DNA of 64,000 bases from Tolypothrix carrinoi HA7290-LM1 (GCA_019358935.1 JAHHIK010000008.1:32001-96000), one strand, 5' to 3'; numbered from the stretch's first letter, positions 29,140-42,411 are shown. The notes: a model not told the origin generated them from the letters alone. A program made the numbers and translations.

Positions 29140-31422
29140 TTGACAATGCAGTTGAACCCCAGAAACACCCATCCTGCTAAGAAAACTAAATCGATACCTC
29201 TGCGCTTGATTCTTGTCGTTCCCTTTGTGCTGCAAATCTTTGCGGCTGTGGGGTTGGTGGGATATCTTTCCTTTAAAAATGGGCAACAAGCAGTTAATGA
29301 CCTGGCGAATCAGCTAATTGATAAAGCTAGTCAGCAAGTTGATGAACATTTAGCTATTTATCTAGCGTTACCACAGCAACTGAGTCAACTGAATGCGGAT
29401 GCAATTTCCGCAGGACAACTCAATTTAAATAATCAAAGGGCAAACGAGCAATATCTCTGGCGACAAGCCAAAGCCTTTAAGGATATCACATACATCGGCT
29501 ATGTGTTAACCGACGGCAGAGAAGCTGGAGCGGGACGCTGGATTAACGGTGTCGATCTGCTAGTCTACGAAAACTTAATTGGAGATGGCAAAGCGTCAGA
29601 ATATATTGCGGATAACCGGGGAAACCGCGCTAAACTTTTGCAAAGCTATGAGTTTGATCCCTGGACGCAACAAGGCACTAAAGATGCAGCCCGATTAGGC
29701 AAACCTATTTGGGGTCCTATCTTTACGTTTGATCCGGGGAATGTAAAAATCACTCAAGAAGGTAAGGCGCTACAAACCAAAAACTCAACTTCCAATAATG
29801 GATTTGAGTATTATGTCGGCTTACCTGCCAGATATCCAATCTACGATCAAAATGGTAAACTGCTCGGTGTCATAGCCATTGATCTGCTACTGACGAATAT
29901 CAGTGAGTTTCTTCATAGCATAAAAGTCAGTTCGTCTGGGCAAGTCTTCATCATCGAGCGCGATGGAATGCTGGTTGGCAGTTCTAGTAAGCATTCCATC
30001 TTGCATAAAGTAAATGGAAAAGCAGAACGATTTAGTGTTCTTAAAAGTCCCGATCCGTTGATTCGCAGTATTGCTAGTGAGTTGAAAAAAAGGTTTAAAA
30101 ATTTTCAATCTATCCAGAAGAATCAAGAGCTTAACATCACCTTCAACGGAGAACGTCAGTTTATACAAGTGACTCCGTGGCGAGATAAATATGGTTTAGA
30201 CTGGCTCGTAGTTGTGACGATGCCAGAATCAGACTTCATGGCACAAATTAACGCTAATACTCGCACAACCATCTTATTATGTTTGGCGGCATTGGCAGTT
30301 GCAATTCTATTAGGAATATATACAGCAAGCTGGATTACCAGTCCAATTCTACGCTTGAGTCAAGCATCGTCAGCGATCGCCATTGGAAAACTGAATCAAA
30401 TTGTCGAAGAAACTCAGGTTAACGAACTGAATATTCTTGCTCGTTCTTTTAACAGAATGGCGCAGCAATTGCGAGATTATTTTGCAGCTTTAGAGACAAC
30501 AAATCAACAACTAGAACAGACAAACGAAGTCTTAGAAGTTCGTGTTACTCAAAGGACAGAAGAACTTTCTCAAACACTCCACGAACTACAACAAATGCAA
30601 ACTCAGTTAGTGCACAATGAAAAAATGTCAGCACTAGGGCAAATGGTTGCCGGAATAGCACATGAAATTAATAACCCAGTAAATTTTATCCACGGCAACC
30701 TTACCCACGTCAATCAGTATACGCAAGATATACTGCAAGTGCTTGAAGCATATAAACAACATTATGCAAATCCGCCGAAATCACTTCAAGAATTACTTGA
30801 TGAAATTGATATTCACTTTATTACCGAAGACTTAACTAAAATTCTTCAGTCGATGAAAGTTGGTACAACTCGCATCCGGGAAATTGTCTTATCACTGCGA
30901 AGCTTTTCGCGTTTAGATGAAGCCGAATTCAAAAAAGCAGATATTCACGAAGGTATTGACAATACATTAATGATTTTACAGCACCGTTTCCAAGCACAAA
31001 ATCACCAAAAAGAAATTCAAATTATTAAACAATACGGTAACTTGCCTTTAGTTGAATGCTATGCCGGACAATTAAATCAGGTATTGATGAACTTAATTGC
31101 AAATGCCATTGATGCACTAGAAGAAATAGAAGTAACTAATAATTTTCAAGTGCCGACAATTTGGATTCATACCCAACTAACAAATGAAAATAAGGTATTA
31201 ATTTCCATTCGTGATAATGGCGTAGGTATTCCGGAGAACATTCGTACTAAATTATTTAATCCTTTCTTTACTACTAAAGCTGTAGGCAAAGGAACTGGTT
31301 TAGGATTATCTATCAGCTATCAAATAGTAGTTGAAAAGCATCGCGGTAAATTATGGTGTGATTCAATACTAGGTCAAGGTACAAAATTTGTGATTGAGAT
31401 ACCGTTAAAGCCAAATTTATAG
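29140..31422 (+). CDS. Membrane sensor histidine kinase (Cache-HAMP-HisKA-HATPase)
   Basis: Two TM segments, HAMP ([12 protein letters not shown]), GIAHEINNP and PFFTTK...GTGLGL. Confidence 0.92.
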   Translation: MTMQLNPRNTHPAKKTKSIPLRLILVVPFVLQIFAAVGLVGYLSFKNGQQAVNDLANQLIDKASQQVDEHLAIYLALPQQLSQLNADAISAGQLNLNNQRANEQYLWRQAKAFKDITYIGYVLTDGREAGAGRWINGVDLLVYENLIGDGKASEYIADNRGNRAKLLQSYEFDPWTQQGTKDAARLGKPIWGPIFTFDPGNVKITQEGKALQTKNSTSNNGFEYYVGLPARYPIYDQNGKLLGVIAIDLLLTNISEFLHSIKVSSSGQVFIIERDGMLVGSSSKHSILHKVNGKAERFSVLKSPDPLIRSIASELKKRFKNFQSIQKNQELNITFNGERQFIQVTPWRDKYGLDWLVVVTMPESDFMAQINANTRTTILLCLAALAVAILLGIYTASWITSPILRLSQASSAIAIGKLNQIVEETQVNELNILARSFNRMAQQLRDYFAALETTNQQLEQTNEVLEVRVTQRTEELSQTLHELQQMQTQLVHNEKMSALGQMVAGIAHEINNPVNFIHGNLTHVNQYTQDILQVLEAYKQHYANPPKSLQELLDEIDIHFITEDLTKILQSMKVGTTRIREIVLSLRSFSRLDEAEFKKADIHEGIDNTLMILQHRFQAQNHQKEIQIIKQYGNLPLVECYAGQLNQVLMNLIANAIDALEEIEVTNNFQVPTIWIHTQLTNENKVLISIRDNGVGIPENIRTKLFNPFFTTKAVGKGTGLGLSISYQIVVEKHRGKLWCDSILGQGTKFVIEIPLKPNL

Positions 31423-31538
31423 GGAAAATTGTAAGAGTGCGTAGACGCAGAGACGCTTGTCGCAAAATATCGCTTGAGTTCAAAAAAGCGATATCATAGT
31501 ATTAACGTAACTATTAAAAATAACAACTGCATCCAAAA

Positions 31539-31709
31539 ATGGAAAAATTACTTAACATCCATATTGAAAAATTACCAGAAGGTGTTTATTTAGCAACATC
31601 AGATGAGCTTCAAGGTTTAGTCGCTCAAGGACGGACGGTTGCTGAAACTTTAGAAATTGCCCGTGATGTAGCGCGTAAGTTATTGGAAGCACAATCTCAG
31701 GATGAATAA
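31539..31709 (+). CDS. HicB-like/DUF1902-like antitoxin (short, orphan)
   Basis: Manual translation: MEKLLNIHIEKLPEGVYLATSDELQGLVAQGRTVAETLEIARDVARKLLEAQSQDE. Confidence 0.7.
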   Translation: MEKLLNIHIEKLPEGVYLATSDELQGLVAQGRTVAETLEIARDVARKLLEAQSQDE

Positions 31710-31990
31710 TCTGTTATTCAGTAGATTCATTGTATGTAGTGGGATTGTGTGAGCCTTATTTTCGCTCATGATTTTTTGGGAATAAATATAATTATAAAAA
31801 AGCTCAGAATACGAAAAATAGGAATAATAAGTAACGTAAAAATTAAAAGAGTGCGATCGCATGCTTTATCAGGATATATAATCTCTTGTTTTAAGACACC
31901 ATTGTGATTTGGGTCATTGATTGTGATGTACTTTTTGTATGTGGTCATTTAAATCTTGCTGCATTTCTTATTTATATATTAATCGTGTAA

Positions 31991-32743
31991 TCATATCTTG
32001 CGGTTATCTTTGGTTTCAAGGTTCTCTGCTAGATAAAGCATCATCTTTGTCAAGCTACTATATTCTTTGGAAATATCTGCGTCTTCTGTTAATTTGGCAA
32101 ACACTGGAGATGTTTCTTGTTGTATATTTTCACCAATCACTAAATAATAATCTTCTTGAAGAAAGGCAGAGGGCAGGAGGCAGAAGGCAGAAGGAGCAAT
32201 CGGATGGGGATTCAAACCCCAACCGATTGAATCCACCGTGTAGACGGTGGGGTTTTATACCCAGTTGGCTCCAGCCAGAAGGCTGAATCAAAGACATAAT
32301 TTATACCTTCTGCCCTCTGCCCTCTGCCTTCTGCCTTCCGCCGAAGGCGGATAATCAATATTTTGAAACAGAGGAAACCAATTGACATTCCAAATATCTT
32401 TAGCATCCCAGCCAAAGTCTTCACCAAGGTTTTCGGCTTCTTCTTTAGCATCTTCAATTAATTCATCATATTTATCTAGTGCAGCTTCTAAAGAAAGAAA
32501 TGTCAGACCGTCAAAAAATCCTGCTCTCTCTTCTTCTCCGTAATAAGTTCCATTTCGCCATTGATAAAGCTTATAAACTTCTTTAGGTAAGCGAAAAGGT
32601 AGGTCTGTAACTCGTCTTTCAATCTCCTCATGAGTAAGTCCTGGTTCTAGAACTTCCACAGAGGCATAGTTATCAGATGGGTGTTGTCGCCACCAATTTA
32701 CAATTCTTTCCAAAGCTTCTGTTAACGCTGACATCAGATACAA
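31991..32743 (-). pseudogene. SMI1/KNR4-family gene interrupted by a 198-bp element
   Basis: LPFRLPKEVYKLYQWRNG motif; both halves are in the same frame, and removing the insert plus one TSD gives WFPLFQNIDYYLVIGEN. Confidence 0.8.
32153..32350. mobile_element. 198-bp non-autonomous element with inverted STRR arms and ATAATC target duplication
   Basis: ATAATC at 32147-32152 and 32351-32356; (GGCAGAA/G)n and (CTGCCT/CT)n arms. Confidence 0.75.
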
Positions 32744-32914
32744 AGATTTATAGTTAGATAAAAATTTAGTTATTTCTAGATTAGCTTCTCTAATCCTCTA
32801 TGTAAGAGTGCGGTTTCCACAAAAAAAGCGCGATACTCCTCCAGAGTCGCTGCGCGATCGCCTTTATGCTGTCTATTCCTGTAAAATTCCTAAAGTTAAT
32901 CTATTTCAGCATTC

Positions 32915-33100
32915 ATGGAGCCAACAGAAGCACAATATCTCGTCCTCAATGCTTTAGAAACTTTAGGACTCCTTGAGGGTATGTTTTATGATGAGGAAAG
33001 GGGATTTTACTACATCACCACTCCTAGCCGCGTTTTACCTACAGCACTCCTCTTGCAAAATGGCGAGATAGCTCCTATTTCTTGGGCATCAGAACTATGA
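32915..33100 (+). CDS. Small hypothetical protein (DUF6888-like)
   Basis: MEPTEAQ...LQNGEI; ATGA overlap with the next gene. Confidence 0.6.
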   Translation: MEPTEAQYLVLNALETLGLLEGMFYDEERGFYYITTPSRVLPTALLLQNGEIAPISWASEL

Positions 33101-33291
33101 AAGAACCAACATTATTAGAAAAGCAAAAATATCAAAGACTGAGAGAAATTTTTGCCCAAGCTAGACAGCGATATCTAGAAGCCGGTGGCGATCCTCGCCA
33201 TCCCGCCGACAACCGTTACTTAACTGATGAAGAGAAAAAAGAAGCCTTTGAATTAGGAGCGCAAGTTTTTAACACTCAAACAAAATCTTAA
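33097..33291 (+). CDS. Small hypothetical protein, translationally coupled
   Basis: ATG at 33097 overlaps the upstream TGA; 64 aa, helical and charged. Confidence 0.6.
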   Translation: MKEPTLLEKQKYQRLREIFAQARQRYLEAGGDPRHPADNRYLTDEEKKEAFELGAQVFNTQTKS

Positions 33292-33370
33292 TCTTAAATT
33301 AGTCCATACCCTCTCCTCCTCTTCCTTCGCGCCCTTCGCGCCTTTGCGGTTCGTTTCTCTTCCTCCTCAC

Positions 33371-33405
33371 AAAAAAAACAGCCGCCTCCCGCAGGAGACA
33401 GCCGT
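33371..33405 (-). terminator. Intrinsic terminator of groESL
   Basis: Minus strand reads acggctgtctcc-tgcg-ggaggcggctg followed by T8. Confidence 0.8.
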
Positions 33406-33429
33406 CAAAAATAAGGGGGTTAATAAACC

Positions 33430-35079
<1,650 letters not shown>

Positions 35080-35113
35080 TCAACCTGCTATTTGTAAATT
35101 TGTTAATTGTTGG

Positions 35114-35278
35114 TGATTGGTAATTGGTAATTGGGCATGGGGCATTGGGCATTGGGCATTGGGCATTGGGCATTGGGCATTGGTAATAATTCTTTTTAAG
35201 CGTCCCCATTTTCCATTCCCCATTTTCCATGCCCCATGCCCTATGCCCCATGCCCTATGCCCCATTTTCCATTCCCCA
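35114..35278. repeat. STRR inverted arrays in the groES-groEL spacer
   Basis: (GGGCATT)n ... (ATGCCCC/ATGCCCT)n. Confidence 0.85.
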
Positions 35279-35590
35279 TTAGCTAACTACCGCTAAAATG
35301 TCTTTTTCTGAAAGCAGGACATACTCGTCAGTGCCGAGTTTGATGTCGGTACCGGCGTACTTAGAGTACAGCACCTTGTCACCGACTTTTACATCCAATG
35401 CTTGACGACCACCGTCGTCTTTGAGCTTGCCATCACCGACAGCTACCACTTCGCCTACTTGGGGCTTTTCTTTGGCTGTGTCGGGCAAATACAGACCACC
35501 TGCGGTCTTTTCTTCAGAGGCGCTCACTTTTACAAAAACGCGATCGCCTAAAGGTTTTACAGTAGAAACGCTTAGAGATACAGCTGCCAT
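35279..35590 (-). CDS. groES: Co-chaperonin GroES
   Basis: [16 protein letters not shown] and KYAGT motifs. Confidence 0.99.
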   Translation of the reverse strand: MAAVSLSVSTVKPLGDRVFVKVSASEEKTAGGLYLPDTAKEKPQVGEVVAVGDGKLKDDGGRQALDVKVGDKVLYSKYAGTDIKLGTDEYVLLSEKDILAVVS

Positions 35591-35609
35591 ACGAATTTCT
35601 CGCCTCTTA

Positions 35610-35636
35610 TTAGCACTCTCGACTCCTGAGTGCTAA
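35610..35636. promoter_or_regulatory. CIRCE element (HrcA operator)
   Basis: Perfect TTAGCACTC-N9-GAGTGCTAA just upstream of groES. Confidence 0.97.
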
Positions 35637-35675
35637 TGTACCTAACTGCGGTATGCAATGGCAATAAATTTGTTT

Positions 35676-35691
35676 GTACGGGTTCCCGAAC
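35676..35691 (-). promoter_or_regulatory. K-box upstream of groESL
   Basis: Minus strand GTTCGG-GAAC-CCGTAC fits GTTCGG-NNAN-CCNNAC. Confidence 0.8.
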
Positions 35692-35914
35692 TAAGCAACC
35701 AAAGTTATACTTAAGTACAAATACTCAATTATTTTTTGTTTACCGGGTTTTGTTTTGCAAGTTACGAATATTTTTATATAGTCAAATTTATTTGCTTGCG
35801 TTGAAAAATTGATATAGAACAGTAATCAGGGAGCCGCTTAACGAGTAACAATGAGTAGATCCAGTCTTGGTGTGAAAATCCCAAAAACCACTTCTGTTCT
35901 GGGCAATAAACCTT

Positions 35915-36277
35915 AAGAAATTGTGTAAAAACTTTAGGACTGGCAAAAAATTCAGCCACATGTTTTTATATGCGCTGACCAGATAGTTCTAAAAAGCTAC
36001 ACAAAACAAGCTAATCTGGAATCTTGGGAACATTTGCTTGTTCGATTGCAAAAGCTCAAACTTGACCAGCCGCAAGACAAATATCCCACTTGCATTTCAC
36101 TTGACCCAAACCAACTGCTTGCGAGTTTGTTGTTCTAGACCGATAATGGTGGTTTACCCGGATGGTGTCTGGTATCGCCTACGTTACCCCGGAAGTCCCG
36201 GAAAGCGGCTTAATCAAGGACACTTGATAGGCAATATGGTGGTGGAATATGCATTTTTGACCCAACATATGCTTTGA
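35915..36277 (+). pseudogene. Decayed thioredoxin-like [2Fe-2S] ferredoxin
   Basis: Fragments in shifting frames: CVKTLGL, HVFICADQ, LESWE and NCLRVCCSRPIMVVYPDGVWYR; true start not resolved. Confidence 0.7.
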
Positions 36278-36627
36278 AACTTCCTTTGAAAATGAGCGAA
36301 CATCCACTGGATATGAAACAGCAGTCAGCATAATTAAAGCGCTTGGTTGGTTTTTAGATAGGGCGATCGAACTTCAATACCTACGTGTGAACGCAAAAGA
36401 TTATTATTTAATCAGTGTTTTCCACCAGCCACGTACAAAGCGATCTATAATAGCGCATTATATAACTACTGCTCTACGTATCCTTACTGGAGTTTTGCCC
36501 TTGAAAGTTCAATATCACAAAAGTGAAAATCGCTTTTGTGACATCGCTTAAGCAAAGGCAAGTTAAGTGGGAAAAAAAGGACAACATCTCAATAATCCAC
36601 CATAGAGGATAACTAATCAAGACCTTG

Positions 36628-37305
36628 ATGGACCCAAGCGCGACAAGTGCCACTGCTATGAAAGAGCCCAGCATGAAAGATCACAAAAGACTTCTACTGA
36701 TTGATGATGACCCTAACCTCATCTTGCTGGTGAAGGACTACTTGGAATTCCGGGGATATGAAGTCATCACTGGGGAAAATGGTCGGGAAGCTCTGGAAAT
36801 TTTAGAGCAGGATATCCCTGACATGATCATCTGCGACGTGATGATGCCGGAAATGGACGGATATACTTTTGTTGAACAAGTCCGGCAAAACGAACGCACT
36901 AGCTGGATTCCCGTTCTTTTCCTTTCTGCGAAAGGTCAAAGTGCCGACAGAGTTAAAGGATTAAATAAGGGTGCTGACGTCTACATGGTCAAACCTTTTG
37001 AACCCGAAGAACTCGTTGCCCAAGTTGAATCTTCGCTCAAACAAACTATCCGCTGGAAAGAACACCAAGCAAAAGGAGGAGAAAACGGTTCCCGCATTCA
37101 AGTTCCCTTCGATGTGCAGCTAACTCCAACCGAACTGAAAGTAGTTCAGTTTGTTGCTAGGGGTTTAGCTAATCGGGAAATCGCTGAAGAACTAAACGTC
37201 AGTCAGCGCACCGTTGAAAGCCACGTTTCCAATATGTTGGGCAAAACCAATTTGCACAACCGTACTGAATTAGCGCGGTGGGCAATTGAAAATCAAATGG
37301 CGTAA
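36628..37305 (+). CDS. NarL/LuxR-family response regulator
   Basis: Receiver (LLIDDD, CDVMMP) plus LuxR HTH (LTPTELKV...NREIAEEL...TVESHV). Confidence 0.93.
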   Translation: MDPSATSATAMKEPSMKDHKRLLLIDDDPNLILLVKDYLEFRGYEVITGENGREALEILEQDIPDMIICDVMMPEMDGYTFVEQVRQNERTSWIPVLFLSAKGQSADRVKGLNKGADVYMVKPFEPEELVAQVESSLKQTIRWKEHQAKGGENGSRIQVPFDVQLTPTELKVVQFVARGLANREIAEELNVSQRTVESHVSNMLGKTNLHNRTELARWAIENQMA

Positions 37306-37450
37306 TAACCATTTGAGATTTAATAGAAGAATCTGAGGGGAGAAAATCTCCACTCAGAACTTCAAAGAGAGTGCGATCGCCAATCTCAAATTTCAATTTC
37401 TTTTTCGAGATTATAGCCATTTTCTTTGGAAATGGCTTTTTGCCTAATTT

Positions 37451-38350
37451 TTGAGACTTACTCCGCACAACTTCAATATTTTGATTAGTGACGCTAATAA
37501 CGCGCTGCTGTCTGTTCTTCCTGAAGTGCCAATTGCTTCAAGTCAGGCAACAGGCTGGGATAAAATTCAGCTTGCACACTACCGTCAACCTCCTCACATA
37601 CTTCCGGAAATTAGTTCCCCACATCATACTATTTGCATTAATATTGGCGCTTGTGTCTTATTAGAGCATGTGGTTGATGGGCATATAAAGACAATTTATT
37701 CAGAAACGGGTGATATTGGTTTATATCCAGCTAACTTCAAGCAAAGCGTTCAGTGGGATAGAGAAACCGAATTTTTGCAACTTTATCTGGAACCAACACT
37801 GCCGATCGCTGTTAGTTACGAATCTTTTGGATGCGATCGCATCGAGATACCACCACAACTGACGTTTTTCGACCCGTTGATTTATCATATAGGGTTGGCG
37901 CTCTTGACGGCATTGGAAACAGATGGTGTACAAAGTCGTCTTTATGCTGAGTGTATGGCTAATGCATTGGCGGTTCATTTAGTGTCTCGCTACTCGACAC
38001 GAGAACGCGCCATTCCGGATTTTGTCCTGGGAGTATCCCCGCGAAATTTTCAGCAGGTTATTGACTATATTAACGACCATCTAGAGCATAATTTGAGCTT
38101 GGCTGAACTGGCAAATATAGTTCAACTGAGTTCTTATCATTTTGCCCATTTGTTCAAACAAACCACGGGAGTTTCACCGCATCAATATCATATTCGTTGC
38201 CGAATTCAGCGTGCCAAACAGTTGCTTCTAACAAAAAAAATGACGATCGCACAAGTTGCTTATGCTGTGGGTTTTGCTAGTCAGGGACATCTCAACTATC
38301 ATTTTAAACGCTTAGTTGGCATGACCCCGAAAGCATTTTTGCGGCAATAG
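37451..38350 (+). CDS. AraC-family transcriptional regulator
   Basis: LSLAELA...HFAHLFKQ...VGFASQGHL...GMTP; start uncertain. Confidence 0.92.
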   Translation: MRLTPHNFNILISDANNALLSVLPEVPIASSQATGWDKIQLAHYRQPPHILPEISSPHHTICINIGACVLLEHVVDGHIKTIYSETGDIGLYPANFKQSVQWDRETEFLQLYLEPTLPIAVSYESFGCDRIEIPPQLTFFDPLIYHIGLALLTALETDGVQSRLYAECMANALAVHLVSRYSTRERAIPDFVLGVSPRNFQQVIDYINDHLEHNLSLAELANIVQLSSYHFAHLFKQTTGVSPHQYHIRCRIQRAKQLLLTKKMTIAQVAYAVGFASQGHLNYHFKRLVGMTPKAFLRQ

Positions 38351-38380
38351 CAAGAACTTGGAAAACAAACGCAAGAACTT
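38350..38380 (+). promoter_or_regulatory. Putative AraC binding site (direct repeat, 21-bp period)
   Basis: GCAAGAACTT at 38350 and 38371, upstream of the SnoaL-like gene. Confidence 0.6.
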
Positions 38381-38449
38381 TGAAGACAGCAGTTTGTTTC
38401 ACTCCTGATACTGAATTAAGAATTCTGATTCAGGTAAAAGGAGATTTTC

Positions 38450-38884
38450 ATGTCTACATTAAGCGAACAAAACAAAGCGATCGCTCTGCGTTTTGCTAAG
38501 GAAGCATGGGGAAATGTTGCTCTGTGGGATCAAGTTTGGGATGAATTGGTGGCATCCGATATGATATGGTACTTTTGCGGTTGGTCCCAAGCGATTCGTG
38601 GAAGTAAAGCTAAGGAATTTTACGCCGATTTGTACCAAAGTTTCCCAGATATCGAACTTGTGAGTGTGGAGAATGCGATCGCTGAAAATGATAAAGTTGC
38701 CTTTCGCTCTACCATAAAAGGCACACATAAAGGTGAATTTATGGGAATTCCCCCAACCGGAAAATCGATAAGTGCAAGCGATCTGAATCTCTTCCGCATA
38801 TCTGAAGGTAAAATTGTCGAATGGTGGTATGAATTGAATTTGCTAGAAGTGATGAAGCAAATCGGCGTAATATCTGACTTATAA
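38450..38884 (+). CDS. SnoaL-like ester cyclase
   Basis: SFPD, AENDKV and GTHKGEFMGIPPTGK motifs; AGGAG RBS. Confidence 0.9.
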   Translation: MSTLSEQNKAIALRFAKEAWGNVALWDQVWDELVASDMIWYFCGWSQAIRGSKAKEFYADLYQSFPDIELVSVENAIAENDKVAFRSTIKGTHKGEFMGIPPTGKSISASDLNLFRISEGKIVEWWYELNLLEVMKQIGVISDL

Positions 38885-38922
38885 CAAGAAACCCGGTTTC
38901 TCTAAGAAACCGGGTTTCTAAA

Positions 38923-40314
38923 TTAAAACTCAGCACTTTGCGGTGTTCTCGGAAATGGAATTACATCGCGAATATTCCCCATCCCCGTCATGAATTGCAC
39001 CAAGCGTTCAAAACCCAAGCCAAAACCAGCATGGGGAACGGTTCCATAACGACGCAAATCGAGATACCACCACAAATCTTCTGGCTGCATTCCTTGCGCT
39101 AAAATCCGCTTTTCCAACACATCTAAACGTTCTTCACGTTGCGAACCACCGATAATTTCGCCTATTTTCGGTGCGAGTATATCCATCGCTCGCACTGTTT
39201 TTTCATCATCGCTCAAGCGCATATAAAACGCTTTGATTTTCGCTGGATAATCGGACACAATGACGGGCTTTTTGAATAACTGTTCGGCTAGATAACGTTC
39301 GTGTTCTGATTGTAAATCTAAACCCCAACTTACCGGATATTCAAACTTGACATCAGCTTTTTCTAATAGGGAAATTGCTTCTGTATAAGTTAAACGCTGG
39401 AATTCATTATTAATAATATTTTCTGCCGTTGCCAGCACTGTATCATCAATTCTTTGATTAAAAAATTCCATATCTTCCGGGCAAGTTTCCAACACATATT
39501 TGAAAACGTGTTTGAGAAACGCTTCGGCTAAATCCATATCCCCTTCTAAATCGCAAAATGCCATTTCTGGCTCAACCATCCAAAATTCGGCTAAATGGCG
39601 CGATGTGTTAGAATTTTCCGCACGGAAGGTGGGACCGAAGGTATAAACGTTACTAAAAGCCATCGCCATGACTTCGGCTTCTAATTGACCGCTTACTGTT
39701 AGGTATGTTGGTCTGCCAAAAAAGTCTTGAGCGTAGTCTACGGCGTTATTCTCGGTGCGGGGAATGTCTTTTAGGTTCAAACCGGTGACGTTGAAAAGTT
39801 CCCCCGCTCCTTCGCAATCGCTAGCGGTGATGATGGGTGTGTGTACCCACAAAAAGCCGCGTTCTTGGAAAAATTGATGAATTGCGGTTGCACAAGCGTT
39901 TCTGACGCGGAAAACTGCACCAAAGGAATTGGTACGCGATCGCAAGTGTCCAATTGTCCGCAAAAACTCATAAGAATGGCGTTTCTTTTGCAGCGGGTAA
40001 GTTTCGGGATCGGCTTCACCGTAGACTTTCACCATTTCGGCTTTCAACTCAATTCGCTGTCCTTTACCTTGGGAAGGAACTAGTACCCCTGTTACTTCAA
40101 CCGAAGCACCTGTATTCAGCTTTTTAATGATAGCCTCATAATCTGGCAAATCTTGATTCATCACGACTTGCAAACTAGCCAGCGATGAACCATCATTAAC
40201 TTCGATAAAAGAAAATCCTTTCAACTCGCGTTTTGTCCGTACCCAGCCTTGAATTAAAAGAGATTCATCAGGTTGACCACTTCGCAATATTTCTGCTATC
40301 CGTCGCTTTACCAT
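38923..40314 (-). CDS. asnS: Asparagine-tRNA ligase
   Basis: [27 protein letters not shown] and [11 protein letters not shown] motifs. Confidence 0.98.
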   Translation of the reverse strand: MVKRRIAEILRSGQPDESLLIQGWVRTKRELKGFSFIEVNDGSSLASLQVVMNQDLPDYEAIIKKLNTGASVEVTGVLVPSQGKGQRIELKAEMVKVYGEADPETYPLQKKRHSYEFLRTIGHLRSRTNSFGAVFRVRNACATAIHQFFQERGFLWVHTPIITASDCEGAGELFNVTGLNLKDIPRTENNAVDYAQDFFGRPTYLTVSGQLEAEVMAMAFSNVYTFGPTFRAENSNTSRHLAEFWMVEPEMAFCDLEGDMDLAEAFLKHVFKYVLETCPEDMEFFNQRIDDTVLATAENIINNEFQRLTYTEAISLLEKADVKFEYPVSWGLDLQSEHERYLAEQLFKKPVIVSDYPAKIKAFYMRLSDDEKTVRAMDILAPKIGEIIGGSQREERLDVLEKRILAQGMQPEDLWWYLDLRRYGTVPHAGFGLGFERLVQFMTGMGNIRDVIPFPRTPQSAEF

Positions 40315-40538
40315 AGTCTTTATACAAGAAGAAAATTTAGTATAGCAATTTTACATTTTAGACTCGTTCCCAGGCTAACTACATGAAAACAGCCAAGGGA
40401 GCAACGGATTTTAGATTGTCCATGAATCCGTCTTGAAAAGCTTTGATGCCTTCGGCAACCCTTTCAGGGAACGGAGGAAACCTCCGCTCAAACTTTTCGC
40501 AAAATCCAAAATCCAAAATCTAAAATCCAAAATCGACA

Positions 40539-40898
40539 TTACCCAACATAGGACTTTAATATCCAGCCTATGATAACGCCCAATCCACCAAAGCGGATGA
40601 TTTGCCAAAAAGGTTTTTTGACGCTTTTCCAAGAAAATAACTGACTTTCTAAGCTAACTTCTAGCACTTCTAACTGCTGTTTGATGTGCTTTAACTCAGC
40701 TTTCATTTCTGGAGTGTGATGTTTATTTTTATTAAGTTCTTGGCGGCGTTTTTCATATTCTGCCTTGGAGATGCGATCGCGTTGCACTTGCGTGTAGCGT
40801 TCTTTCAAGTCAACAAGCGATCGCTCTAAGAACAATAGTTCTTCTTCAAATTCTAACTCTTGATTTGACTCTGGTGGCGGTTGTTTAGGCGGCTTCAT
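40539..40898 (-). CDS. Coiled-coil protein with C-terminal TM anchor
   Basis: LESQLFSW...FWQIIRFGGLGVIIGWIL. Confidence 0.75.
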   Translation of the reverse strand: MKPPKQPPPESNQELEFEEELLFLERSLVDLKERYTQVQRDRISKAEYEKRRQELNKNKHHTPEMKAELKHIKQQLEVLEVSLESQLFSWKSVKKPFWQIIRFGGLGVIIGWILKSYVG

Positions 40899-41052
40899 TT
40901 ACAGGTAGTACACTAATAGTCAATAGTCAATGGTCAACTGTCAACTGTCAAAGGTCAATGGTCAATGGTCAATTAACTATAGACTCTTGACTATGGACTC
41001 TTGACTCTTTGGACTTTGGACTATCAACTCAGCACTCCTCGCACTTAATATC

Positions 41053-41328
41053 ATGTCCCAATCGACCCAACTGCCTAAAACCAGTCAATTAGATGAATTA
41101 AGCACTTTAGAATTAGCACAAGCTCTCATGGAGAGGTTGAGCATTTCTCCTAACGATTGGCATCGCCTTAAGTCTAACCGCAATTCTCGCGCCAGTGAAC
41201 AAGCCGCCGCCGCTCTTGTGTTTCTCCTCAAAAATCAGCCTACTGAAGCTCTTGCTAGATTAGAACAAGCATCTGGTTGGTTAGATCGCTCTATTTCCGC
41301 ACCACCTTGTCCGAGTCACGGGAAATAA
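41053..41328 (+). CDS. Cyanobacterial small protein (DUF6439-like)
   Basis: DWHRLKSNR...[15 protein letters not shown]. Confidence 0.7.
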   Translation: MSQSTQLPKTSQLDELSTLELAQALMERLSISPNDWHRLKSNRNSRASEQAAAALVFLLKNQPTEALARLEQASGWLDRSISAPPCPSHGK

Positions 41329-41540
41329 GACAGGGAGACAAGGGGACAGGGGGACAAGGGGGACAAGGGGGACAAGGAGGACAAGGAGGACAAGGGGGAC
41401 AAGGAGGACAAGGGGGACATGGAGACTTGGAGGACTTGGAGACTTGGGGGAATTTCTTCCCCTGCTCCCCCTGCTCCCCCTGCTCCCCCTGCTCCCCCTG
41501 CTCCCCCTGTTCCCCCTCTCCTTGTCTCCCCCACTTTCCT
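41329..41540. repeat. 9-bp tandem arrays (GGACAAGGG)n and (CCCTGCTCC)n between convergent genes
   Basis: Directly visible; related units at 13058-13110, 51145-51240 and 54575-54625. Confidence 0.85.
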
Positions 41541-41990
41541 CTAACGTCGCAGAGATAATCTCGGTCGATTATCTAGCTGTTTGCAAAGCCTTAATTCTGT
41601 GCCTTTGCGGTTCCACTCTACCTGATCGAAAATGTGATGCAGTAGAGTCATACCCCGACCGTTTTCTGACTCATCTGGGGGTAGATAATCTGTGGGATCG
41701 CGATCGCATGTACAACATGGACTAAATCCGCTGCCTTGATCTGATATAATCCACCAATACTGATTATCTATTAAGGAAAAACGGACTACTACTGTTTTTC
41801 CGGGATCGAGATGATTGCCATGTTTTGCTGCATTGACTAGGGCTTCTTGAAGTCCCAGTCGCAGCTCGGCTTGCAACTTCACGGGAATTTCTGCCAATAG
41901 TAAATCTAAGATTGGACAGAGATATAGAGTTGAGGCGAAACTAATTGTGCCCCAATTACGTCCAACTGGACGGAGCGAAATGGTAATCAC
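41541..41990 (-). CDS. pmgA: Anti-sigma-factor-like HATPase (PmgA-like)
   Basis: [33 protein letters not shown] and GRG motifs. Confidence 0.75.
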   Translation of the reverse strand: MITISLRPVGRNWGTISFASTLYLCPILDLLLAEIPVKLQAELRLGLQEALVNAAKHGNHLDPGKTVVVRFSLIDNQYWWIISDQGSGFSPCCTCDRDPTDYLPPDESENGRGMTLLHHIFDQVEWNRKGTELRLCKQLDNRPRLSLRR

Positions 41991-42411
41991 AAGAGAAACC
42001 CCATAGCCTTCAGTTAGCTAGACATCAGTTTGCACACGCAGGTACCCTGATATAAGTTGAGGTGGTCGTGCTGCCTTCAAACTAGCGTCTTCAAAACTAA
42101 GTTGTGAAAATACTGTGGAGCATCGGTTATCTTCATGAATTGCGGTTGCTTATCTAAAACGGCTTGCATAAACTTTCAGTTGGGCAGTTAGCAACTAAAG
42201 ATGCTTTCAATAATCTAGAAGAGTATAGCGATACTCTTTTACCTGCCGATTCGGAATTTAAACAACCAAATTCAAGTTTAGGAGTAACCCATACAACTTC
42301 AATTTCTTTATAGAAATGGAATTCAATGAATTCTATGTTTAGCTTAATTCAATTTTAGCATTTTTCCTATGCACTAGACTAAAAATAAAAAATTTGAGTT
42401 TTGTCAAGGGG

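Noticed and set aside
36628..37305. Naming the regulator OrrA/Rre1 because of the nearby K-box
   Set aside because: It cannot be distinguished from NarL-type paralogs by eye, so no symbol was assigned.
41277..41725. Collagen-like or Cys/Pro-rich ORFs
   Set aside because: They arise from 9-bp tandem repeats that are open in several frames between convergent genes.
41991..42411. Structured RNA in the long pmgA upstream region
   Set aside because: No recognisable RNA family motif or convincing terminator could be supported by eye.
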